A stretch of 64,000 nucleotides of DNA from Mustelus asterias (Eukaryota). Below, piece by piece: positions 8,845 to 19,517 of the stretch (the first letter of the stretch is position 1; the number at the start of each line of letters is the position of its first letter). The stretch lies in NCBI RefSeq assembly GCF_964213995.1, contig NC_135808.1:33790001-33854000 (forward strand), given 5' to 3'. The notes beneath the pieces were generated by a model. It searched no databases. It had not been told where the DNA came from and saw only the letters and a list, made by a program, of their open reading frames with translations. Position numbers and translations under genes: made by a program.

Positions 8845-11800
8845 CCACTCTGTAGTTACAGTACATAGTCTGACCTTGTGAATCACACCAAGATTGTAGT
8901 TATACTGCACACAGACTGATGCTGTGAACTCACTCCCAGACTGTAGTTACACTGCACACCCTGACCCTGTGAGCTAACTCCCAGAGTGCAGTTACACTGC
9001 ACGTAGTCTTAACCTGTGAACTCTCACCCAGAATTAGTTACTCCATGACCTTGTGAACTCAGTCCCTGACGGTAGTTATACTGACATACAAACATTCTGA
9101 CCCTGTGAACTCACTCGCGGACTGCAGGTACTCTGACCCAGTGAACTCTCGCAGACTGTAGTTACACTGCACACAGTCTGACCCTGTGAACTCAGTCCCA
9201 AAGTATAGTTATACTGAACACAGTTAGACTCCCTATAAAATCCCTATAGTACAGAAGAGGGCCATTTGGCCCATTGTTTCTGTATCGACTTTCTGACAGG
9301 GCATCATACCCAGGACCACCTAACCCTGCAACACCACACATTTACCCCGCTAATCCCTCTACCTACACATCTTTGGACATTAAGGGGCAATTTAGCATGG
9401 CCAATGTACCTAACCTGCACATCTTTGAACTGTGGGAGGAAACCAGAGCACCCGGAGGAAACCCACACAGACACAGGGAGAACTTGCAAACTCAACACAG
9501 TCATCCAATTGAACCCGGGTCCCTGGATCTGTGAGGCAGTAGTGCTAATCACTGTACCACCAAGCTACCCTAACTCACTCCAACACTGTTGTTTATACAG
9601 CACACAATCTGACCCAGTGAACTTGCTTCCAGACTGTAGTCATCCTGCACACAGTCTGACACTGAACTCACTCCAGGACTATAGTTATACTGTACAAAAT
9701 CAGATGTGAGAATTCAGTCGCAGACTGCAGCTAAACTATACAGTCTGACCCTGTGAACTCCCAGCCTGTAGTTTTAGTGCCCACAGTTTGACCCTGTGAT
9801 CTCACACACAGACTATAGTTACACTGCACAATGTCTGACTCTGCAAACTGTGGCCAAGACAGTGGTTATACTGCACACAGTCTGTCCCTGTGAATTCACA
9901 CCCAGGGTACACTACACTGTGACTTTTCAATATCACTTCCAGACTGTAATTGACTCTGTGAACCTATAACCAGACTGCAGTTACACTGCACACAGCCTGA
10001 CCCTGTGAACTGTCTCCTAAACTGTAGTTATACTGTGCACAGTCTGATCCTGTGAACTCACTCACAGATTGCAGTTGCATTGCACAGTCTGACCCCGTAA
10101 ATTGATTTGCTGACTGTAGATTATAGCACAAAGTCTGACCCTGTGAATTGTCTCCTAGACTGTAGAAACACCACAGTCTGATGCTCTGAATTCACTCCCA
10201 GACTGTAGATACGCTGCAGTTTGACACTTTGAACTCACTCCCAGACTGTAGTTGCACTGATGACAGTCTGACCTTGTGAACACTCCCCCAGACTGTAGTT
10301 ACACTGCACACAGTCGGACGCTGTGAACTCCAAGACTAGATATACTGCATAGAGTCTGAACCTGTGAACTCACTCTGGATTGTAGTAAAACTGTACACAG
10401 TCTGACCCTGTTAACTCACTACCAGGCTGTAGTTACACTGTAAGCAGTCTGACCCTGTTATCTTATTACCATAACATACTCACAGACTGTAGCTACACTG
10501 TGCACGGTCTCACCCTGTCATCACATTAACAGAACACACTCACAGACTGTAATTACACTGCACAGTCTGACCCTGTGATCTCACTCCCAGACTATAGATA
10601 CGCTGCAGTTTGATTTCACTCCAAAACTGCAGTTGCACTGTTGAGTCTGACCCTGTGAACTCTCCCCTAGACCATAGCTACACTGCACACAGTCTGACCC
10701 TGTGAACTCTCCCCAGACCATAGCTACACTGCACACAGTCTGACCCTGTGAACTCTCCCCTAGACCATAGCTACACTGCACACAGTCTGACCCTGTGAAC
10801 TCTCCCCTAGACCATAGCTACACTGCACACAGTCTGACCCTGTGAACTCTCCCCTAGACCATAGCTACACTGCACACAGTCTGACCCTGTGAACTCTCCC
10901 CTAGACCATAGCTACACTGCACACAGTCTGACCCTGTGAATTCTCCCCTAGACCATAGCTACACTGCACACAGTCTGACCCTGTGAATTCTCCCCTAGAC
11001 CATAGCTACACTGCACACAGTCTGACCCTGTGAATTCTCCCCTAGACCATAGCTACACTGCACACAGTCTGACCCTGTGAACTCTCCCCTAGACCATAGC
11101 TACACTGCACACAGTCTGACCCTATGAACTGTCTCCCAAACTGTAGTTAAACTGCACACAATCTGACCCTGCAAACTCACTCTCAGATTGTAGTTATACT
11201 GCACACAGTCTCATCTTGCGTACTCACTCCCAGACTGCAGTTACAATGCACCATCTGACCCTGTGAACTCACTCCCAGACTGCAGTTACAATGCACCATC
11301 TGACCCTGTGAACTCACTCCCAGACTGCAGTTACAATGCACCATCTGACCCTGTGAACTCACTCCCAGACTGCAGTTACAATGCACCATCTGACCCTGTG
11401 AACTCACTCCCAGACTGCAGTTACAATGCACCATCTGACCCTGTGAACTCACTCCCAGACTGCAGTTACAATGCACCATCTGACCCTGTGAACTCACTCC
11501 CAGACTGCAGTTACAATGCACCATCTGACCCTGTGAACTCACTCCCAGACTATCAATGTGCTGCAGTTTGATGCTTTGATCTCAATCCAAGACTGCAGTG
11601 GCACTGATGAGTCTGACCCTGTGAACTCTCCCCTAGACTGTAGTTACACTGTATACAGTCTCACCCTGTGAAGTCACTCCCAGACTGTAGTTACACTGCA
11701 TACAATTTGACCCTGCAAACTCACTCTCAGACTGTAGTTATACTGCACAGTCTCATCTTGTGTACTCACTTCCAGACTGCACTTACAGTGCTCAGCCTGA

Positions 11801-14497
11801 TTCTGTGAACTCAATCCCAGACTGTAGTTATACCTCACACAGTCTGACTGTGTGAACTCACTCCCAGACTCTAGTTACACTGCACACAATCTGACCCTGT
11901 GAACTCACTCACAGGCAGCAGTTACTCTATGACCTTGTGACCTCAGTCCCAGACTGTTGTTATATTGTAAACAGTCTGACCTGTGAATTCAGTCGCAGAC
12001 TTCAGTTAACCTGCACTCAGTCTGACCCTGTGAACTCACTCCCGGATGTAGGTTCGCTGATGACAGTTTGACCCTCTCCCAGACTGTAGTTACACTGCAA
12101 ATAATCTGACTCTGTGAACTTCACTCACTGTGAAGTCCAAAGATGTGCGGATTAGGTTGATTGGCCATGCTAAAAAATTGCCCCTCAGTGTCCTGAAATG
12201 CGTAGGTTAGAGGGATTAGTATATGGGGTAAATATATGGGGGTAGGGCCTGGGTGGGATTGTGGTCGGCGCAGACTCGATGGGCCAGATGGCCTCTTTCT
12301 GCACTGTAGGGTTTCCATGATTCTATGAACTCATTCCCAGATTACAGTTATGCTGCACGCAGTTTGACCCCTTGAACTCACTAACAGACTGTAGTTACAC
12401 TTCACACAGCCTGACCCATTGAACTCACTCACAGACTGCAGTTACAACATGAATAAGTTGACCCTGCAAACTCACTCCCAGACTGTAGTTACACTGGCAC
12501 ATAGTCTGACCCTGTGAACTCATCCCAGACTGTAGTTACTCTATGACCCTATAATCTCAGTCCCAGACTGTAGTTATACTGTAAACAGTCTGACCTGTGA
12601 ATTCAGTCCCAGACTGTAGTTATAGTGCACAGTCTGACCTTGTGAACTCACTCCCAGACTGTAGTTACACTCCACACAGCCTGACCCTGTGAGTTCACTT
12701 GGTCAGACTGTGTGCACTGTAACTAAAGTCTGGGAGTGAGATCATAGGGTCAGACTGTGCAGTTATACAACAGTCCACGAGTGAGTTTGCAGGGTCAGAC
12801 TGTGTGTACTGTAAATTCAGTCTGGGAGTGAGTTTGCAGGGTCAGACTGTGTGTAGTGTAAGTTCAGTCTGGGAGTGAGTTTGCAGGGTCAAACTGCTTC
12901 AGACTATAGGTACACTGCACACAGTCTGACCTTGTGAACTCACAACCAAATTTTAGTCATGCTGCATGTAGTCTGGCCATGTGAACAAATTCTCAGATTA
13001 TAGTTTCACTGCACACAATCTGACCCTATGAACCAACTTTCAGACTGTAGTTTCACTGCACACAATCTGACCCTGTGAACCAACTTTCAGACTGTAGTTT
13101 CACTACACACAATCTGACCCTGTGAACCAACTTTCAGACTGTAGTTTCACTACACACAATCTGACCCTGTGAACCAACTTTCAGACTGTAGTTTCACTGC
13201 ACACAGTCTGACTCTGTGAACCAACTTTCAGACTGTAGTTTCACTGCACACAGTCTGACCCTGTGAACCAACTTTCAGACTGTAGTTTCACTGCACACAG
13301 TCTGACCCTGTGAACCAACTTTCAGACTGTAGTTTCACTGCACACAATCTGACCCTGTGAACCAACTTTCAGACTGTAGTTACACTGCACACAGTCTGAC
13401 TCTGTGAACTCACTCATGGAATTAAATATATTGCAGTTTGACTCTTTTATTTCTTCCCGGACTGTAGTTACACTGAGAGTTCGATCCTATGAACTCACTC
13501 CCAGATGTCAGTTACACTGCACAGTTTGACCCTGCGAACATCCTCACAGACTGTAGTTACACAGCAAAAAATCTGACCCTGTGAACTCACTCCTAGAGAG
13601 AGATCACAGGGTCAGACTGTGCAGTGTAACTACAGTCTGGGAGTGACTTCACAGGGTCAAACTGTGTGCAGTGTAAGTGCAGTCTGGGAGTGTGTTCACT
13701 GGGTCAGACTGTGTGCAGTGTAACTACAGTCTGGGAGTGAGTTTACAGGATCAGACTGTGTACAGTTTAACTACAGTCTGGGAGTGATGTTCACAGGGTC
13801 AGACTGCGTACAGTATAACTACAGTCTGGGAGTGTGTTCACCGGGTCAAACTGCGGGCAGTGTAACTACAGTCTGGGAGTGTGTTCACAGGGTCAGACTG
13901 TGTGCAGTGTAACTACAGTCTGGGAGTGAGTTTACAGGATCAGACTGTACAGTTTAACTACAGTCTGGGAGTGATGTTCACAGGGTCAGACTGTGTACAG
14001 TATAACTACAGTCTGGGAGTGTGTTCACTGGGTCAAACTGTGGGCAATGTAACGACAGTCTGGGAGTGAGTTTACAGGGCAAACTCTGTGTGGTGGAACT
14101 ACAGTCTGGGAATGGGATTACAGGGTCGGAATGCGTGCTGTGTAACTAGAGTCAGGGATCGAGTTCATAGTGTGAGTCTGTGCAATGTAACTACAGTCTG
14201 CGACTGAATTCACTGTCATGCTGTGTAAAGAGTTACCACAATCTGGGGCTGAGTTCACGGGGTCTAAGTATGTGCAGTGTAACTACAATCTGGGAGACAG
14301 TTTACAGGATCAAACTGTGTGCAGTGTCTTTGCAGTGTGGGTGTGAGTTTACAGGGTCAGGCTGGATTCAGTGTAACTAAAGTCTGGGAGTGAGTTCACA
14401 GGGTCAGACTGTGCAGTGCAACTACAGTCTGGGAGTGAGGTTACAGTTTGATTCTGTGAACTGACTCTCAGACTGTTACACTGCACACAGCCTGACT
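8845..14497. repeat. satellite A: 45-47-bp tandem array (consensus CAGACTGTAGTTACACTGCACACAGTCTGACCCTGTGAACTCACTCC)
   Basis: Near-perfect sub-arrays: 47-bp at ~10650-11125, 45-bp at ~11222-11550, 47-bp at ~13000-13390. Inverted blocks at ~12691-12896 and ~13598-14440. SINE insertions at 9238-9570 (-) and 12131-12326 (+). Confidence 0.95.
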
Positions 14498-14803
14498 GTG
14501 TAGAGTAGGACCACGGAGTGAATGGGGCATAAATACAGTGTGTGAGCTGGTTCCTGTTGAAAACGCTTCTAGAAATGAGGGTCACAGCCAAAGTGTTGTC
14601 TTTGTCGACTTCCCGATTCTGAGATGGAAATGCTATATTGTAGGCTAGGACAGTGTGAGTGTGTGTGATACCATGTTGACAGCCTGATGATTCCAGTTGT
14701 TGCTAGTGTTTACATTATCTGCTCCACTCCTCTTAGACACATTGAACAATTTGTGTGTGCTGATGCCCATTTCTTTCCTGCTCTGGCAGCCGGGAGAATA
14801 CTG

Positions 14804-14879
14804 GGGAATTTCCACACCCATTCTGCTCGAACGGAGCTGTGCTGTGTAGGGGAGAGACCTGCTCCTTCTGGGAATCCCC
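14804..14879. promoter_or_regulatory. two NF-kB sites with an overlapping STAT (GAS) site
   Basis: GGGAATTTCC 14804-14813; TTCTGGGAA 14866-14874 overlapping GGGAATCCCC 14870-14879; TATAAAA at 14994. Function is inferred from motifs only. Confidence 0.5.
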
Positions 14880-15689
14880 GGCAAGTCAAAGCAGCCCCAG
14901 TCACCAGAAACTCAGACAACCCCACAGCTAGCTCCGCTCTCCAACCGGCACTCGACCCAAAACTTCCTCCTCAAAACCATACATTCTGCACCCTATAAAA
15001 CATTGTCCTCTCCAAGCGTTTTCACTGTCTACAACCCCCCGACCCCACCGCACCCAATTCCAACCTTTGCTCGACTCTCTGCTTAAATTCTTCGGATCCG
15101 ATTTTCTGACACTGTGGACAGAACTGGAATCGCACTGACAATAATAATACAGGTTCAGGGCAGTGGATGGGGAGGTGGGAGGGAGCTGGGGAGATCACGG
15201 CTCCCCTCAATTCCCAAGTAAAGATTTCATGGCAAATGTCCGAGAAAGCAAACTTCCGATGGCCAATTTCCCTGCACTGAGAACCATCCAAAAAAGGTGA
15301 CTGAAATCATGAACTTCGGATAGTTCTTATTGTCTTACATCAATAGAAAACGTTAGACCAGTTAAAGGCACTTTATAGGTAACTATTGTACTAACCAGTA
15401 CTGACTGACCACCCTGTCATTATGGCACACTCAGTAGCAGCCGTGTGTACTACAAGATGCATTGCAGGAACTCACAAGGCTCCTTAGGCAACACCTTCCC
15501 AACCCAGGACCACTTCCATCGAGAAGAACAAAAGCAGCAGATACCTGAGAACCACCACCAAGTTCCCCTCCAACCATCCTGACTTGGAAATATATCGCCG
15601 TTCCTTCATTGTCATTGGGTCAAAATCCTGGAATTTCCTCCCAATAAATGCTGGCCAGCCAGTGACGCCCATGTCCCACGAATGAATAA

Positions 15690-16310
15690 CACTGCCCACC
15701 TCCCGCCAATTGGGCCATCCAGACACCCCCAACTTACAACTAGCATCCCCCCCATGGAACACTGCCCCACTTAAATCCTAGCTAACCTCCAAGCCAGACC
15801 TGACCATCCCCACCCACTGTCTGAGCCCCTCCAAATGCACCCCCCCCCTCCACCGACTGTCCAATCACCTACCATTGCTGGACCTTTACCAATTGCCCAG
15901 CACCCCCTCAACTGTCCAGCACCCAGCGACTGCCTAGCACCCACCAATTGTCCAACACCCACCAACTGCCTAGCATGCACCAACTTCCCAACACGCACCA
16001 ACTAACCAATGCCCACCAACTGCCCAATCCCCGACTGCCTAACCACACCTTATTGCCCAACCCCTACCAACTGCCCAACACCTACCGGCTGCCTGACCCT
16101 GACTATCTAATCGCCATCCCATTGACTGACCCCCACCAACTCTCCGAGCCACATTGTCTGCTCTGACTGCCCAATCTCCTCTGACTACTCAACCCCACTC
16201 CCCCGACTGCTAGTCCCAACCCACCCTGACTGTCTGACCCTGCCCAAGTGCCCAACCACCTCTGATTGCCCAACCTCATTTCCCCCCAAATTCTAACCAC
16301 CTAGCTGACA
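15690..16310 (+). repeat. degenerate C-rich 18-bp minisatellite (CCACCAACTGCCCAACAC)
   Basis: 6-aa periodic ORF (HQLPNT)n at 15948-16166. Confidence 0.75.
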
Positions 16311-16403
16311 AATCTAAGTTCTCCCTGGCTGCACTTTTAAACACAGTAAGAAGTTTAACAACACCAGGTTAAAGTCCAACAAGTTTATTTGGTAGCAAAA
16401 GCC

Positions 16404-16442
16404 ACACAAGCTTTCGAGGCTCTAAGCCCCTTCTTCAGGTGA
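16404..16442 (-). ncRNA. minimal type-I hammerhead ribozyme motif
   Basis: Minus strand reads CAC-CTGAAGA-A-GGGGC(TTAGA)GCCTC-GAAA-GCTT-GTG. Confidence 0.72.
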
Positions 16443-16601
16443 GTGGGAATTCTGTTCACAAACAGAATTTATAAAGACACAGACTCAATTTACATGAATA
16501 ATGGTTGGAATGCGAATACTTACAACTAATCCAGTTTTAAAGACAGTAAGAGTTTTAACAACACCAGGTTAAAGTCCAACAGGTTTATTTGGTAGTAAAT
16601 G

Positions 16602-16638
16602 CCATTAGCTTTCGGAGCCCTGCTCCTTCGTCAGATGG
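16602..16638 (-). ncRNA. minimal type-I hammerhead ribozyme motif, intact core
   Basis: Minus strand reads CCAT-CTGACGA-A-GGAGC(AGG)GCTCC-GAAA-GCTA-ATGG, with perfect stems I and II. Confidence 0.8.
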
Positions 16639-17789
16639 AGTGGAAATCTGCTCTCAAACAAGGCACACAGAGACACAAAATCAAGTTACAGAATACTGAT
16701 TAGAATGCAAATCTTTACAGCCAACCAGGTCTTAAAGATACAGACAATGTGAGTGGAGGGAGCATTAGGCACAGGTTAAAGAAATGTGTATTGTCTCCAG
16801 AAAGGACAGCCAGTGAGATTCTGCAAGTCCAGGAGGCAAGCTGTGGGGGTTACCGATAGTGTGACATGAACCCAAGATCCTGGTTTAGGCCGTCCTCATG
16901 TGTGCGGAACTTGGCTATCAGTTTCTGCTCAGCAACTCTGCGCTGTAATCAGTATTCTGTAACTTGATTTTGTGTCTCTGTGTGCCTTGTTTGTGAACAG
17001 ATTTCCACTCCATCTGACGAAGGAGCAGGGCTCCAAAAGCTAATGGCATTTGCTACCAAATAAACCTGTTGGACTTTAACCTGGTGTTGTTAAAACTCTT
17101 ACTGTGTTTACCCCAGTCCAACGCCGGCATCTCCACATCTGGACCTTTCAACTCAGCTGATGCAAAACGGGGGCATGGCCTCCTTGTGTACAACTCTGAA
17201 TGAACCTCTCAACATAAGGCCTCGGTAACACGTTGCCCTGCACATTTCAGCCCAGCAGGAGTCAGAAGTTTGGGAAAGAAAGGATTTGAAAGATTCTGAG
17301 GCAAACAGTAAGAGTGAAGTGACAATCTGACTCCAATTACCGCTCTGTGGAAGATCGGGTCCATTATTACTGCATGTGACTGTGAGAAAGGATCATTCCT
17401 CATCCTTCAAAACCTGTCTGCAACCTTTGAGACTAATATCCTTCCAGTTGGACTCAAATTTGACCTTTTCTTCCCATACTTCATGACTGAAGGTCCCTGT
17501 CTCTCCAATTTAGGGTCCAGATCTCTCTGACTGGGGGTCCGGGTTTGTACCCACTCTCCTACAGGAGAGACAGGTCCGGGTCTTTAATCTCCCTTTCCAA
17601 ATTATGGTCCAGTTCATTACTCTGTAGGACGAGACAATACTCCCTTGGACTGAGGATCTGTGTCTTTCCTATGTATTGCTATGTTGTGTATGTATATATT
17701 AGTGTGAATGAGTGATATTCTGAGTTTCTGTGTATGAATGTGAATGTGTAATTGTGTGTGCGTCTATGTGAGGTTGTATCTTAGATTAA

Positions 17790-17985
17790 GGGCGGGATTT
17801 TCCACACAACTGCCGCATCTTTCGCGGCGCCAGAGGTGACCCAGTATTGACCAGCGGCGGTCCAGTTGTTGTCAGTGGGGTTTCCCATTGAATGCACCTC
17901 TTGCTGGTGGGAAACCTGCAGCTGGGGCATGCCATCGGTGGGACCAGAAGATCCCGCCAGCATGAATGGCCAGAAAATTCTGGCC
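17790..17985. mobile_element. MITE, PIF/Harbinger-type
   Basis: GGGCGGGATTTTCC...GAAAATTCTGGCC terminal inverted repeats; 3-bp TSD TAA/TAA. Confidence 0.8.
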
Positions 17986-17989
17986 TAAG

Positions 17990-18395
17990 TGTATGATAGT
18001 ATACACTTGAGAATGATGGTGTATTGTGTTTTAGTATGTATCTCTGATTGAGTGTGGTTTTGTGTGTTTAAGTGTGTGCGATTTATTCTGCGTGATAATG
18101 TGTGCATATGTCTGTGTGTTAGCAAGTAACTGTAAGATTGTGTTTGGTGCAAATGATTGTGTGTGAGAGAATATTTGAGTCAGTTTGAGTGTGAGATGGT
18201 TTGTTTGTGATCGTGAGTGTAAGTATATGGGCAATTTGTGTGTTTGCGTGTGAGATTGTGTATTTGCGAATGTGCACAAATTAATGTAAATGTGTGATTG
18301 TGAGATTACATGCATGTGTGCAAGTGTGTGCCAGTGATTCTGTGTGTGAGAATTAGTGTGTGTGTGCAGTGGTGTTTGACATGATGCACTTGTCA
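17990..18395. repeat. degenerate (TG)n-rich simple repeat
   Basis: TG-rich low-complexity tract, also at 17680-17780. Confidence 0.8.
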
Positions 18396-18431
18396 CTCAA
18401 ATAAAGGTAGTTGTTAATTATCTCTAGGGCT

Positions 18432-18490
18432 GTCACATGACTGATGATTTCTGAGAGCTATTTCTGGGAAATTGCGTAACAGAAAGTCCC
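18432..18490. promoter_or_regulatory. compact E-box / GAS / C-EBP / kB-like motif cluster
   Basis: GTCACATGA 18432-18440; TTCTGGGAA 18462-18470; ATTGCGTAAC 18471-18480; AGAAAGTCCC 18481-18490 (GGGACTTTCT on the - strand). Confidence 0.5.
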
Positions 18491-18739
18491 TGAGTCTGGC
18501 AGATTGTGAGCTTTCAATCTTTAGCTAAACAACACAGGGCACAGTGCTGCGTCTTATAGTCCAACCAATAGAGAATAAATAGTCCACAGCATCAGCAGTT
18601 ACTGGGTAAACCCTGTGAATTACTGTCTGCATTTGCAGTCCCTGTCACCACTACGCCTCTCCCCCCCCTCCACCCGGGGCTCCACAAAGGCAGCACATGA
18701 AGGTCATGCCAAGGCTTCTTACTCTCTCGCCCTATTTTC

Positions 18740-19075
18740 CAATTGTTTGATCCTGAGGGGTATTGATTGGGTGGATGTGGAGAGCATGTTTCATCTTGTG
18801 GGAGAATCTAGAACTGGGGTCACTGTTTTCCCATTTATAACTGAGATGAGACAATTTTTCAATGAGGGTAGTGACTGTTTGGAACTCTCTTCCTGAAAAG
18901 GTGCCGGAAGCCGAGGCTTTGAATATTTTTAAGGCAGAGGTGGATAAATTCTTGATAAGCAAGGGGGTGAAAGATTATCGGGGATCAGCGGGATGAAGAT
19001 TTAAGATTACTATTATTAAATAGCGGAGCAGACTCGATGGGCTGAATAGCCTTTTCCTGCTCCTTGTTCATATGC
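18740..19075 (+). mobile_element. CR1 3' fragment
   Basis: ILRGIDWVDVESMFHLVGESRT; CR1 3' UTR. Confidence 0.8.
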
Positions 19076-19517
19076 CTGCTCTCTCTCCCCCACCCCGTTA
19101 CCTCTTCTTCACACTCTACCTTCCTTTTTATTCCCCCCTTTCTCTCTTCCCTCCTGCTCACTCTCTCGCCCATTCTCCACTCTCGCTTCCGCTTTCCTCC
19201 CTCTCACTTTCTCATACCCTCTCCCTTACTCTTTTTTAAAAAGTTTATTTATTAGTCACAAGTAAGGCTCACATTAACACTGCAATGAAAGTTACTGTGA
19301 AATTCCCCTAATCACCACACTCCAGCACGTGTTTGGGTCAATGCACCTAACGAGCTCGTCTTTCAGAATGTGGGAGGAAACCGGAGCACCGGAGGAAACC
19401 CACGCAGATACCTCTCTCTTGTACTCTCTCACCTTCTCCTTCACTCTTGCCCTCTCCTTTGTACTCTCTCTCTCACTTTTCTTTTGCCTTTCAATATCCT
19501 TCTCATTCTCTCTCAGT

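Larger units (their letters stand above)
16341..17139 (-). mobile_element. tandem Penelope-like elements: terminal repeat (16341-16540) plus an element with inverted terminal repeats (16542-16703 / 16946-17105) around a GIY-YIG ORF 3' end
   Basis: Minus-strand 16945-16850 reads QRRVAEQKLIAKFRTHEDGLNQDLGFMSHYR* (GLN.D motif of the Penelope endonuclease C-terminus); three hammerhead cores. Confidence 0.88.

Noticed and set aside
11183-11571. Repetitive ORFs (NSLPDCSYNAPSDPV)n / (SSQGQMVHCNCSLGV)n
   Set aside because: By-product of a stop-free 45-bp satellite variant; neighbouring 47-bp units break the frame.
11604-11630. CTGATGA in satellite A as a satellite-encoded hammerhead
   Set aside because: Present only in rare variant monomers and not followed by stem II + GAAA.
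13600-14440. CTACAG-TCTGGGA-GTGAGT in each reverse satellite A unit as a tandem 7-nt microexon array
   Set aside because: No polypyrimidine tract, implied introns of only ~40 nt, and no host gene identified.
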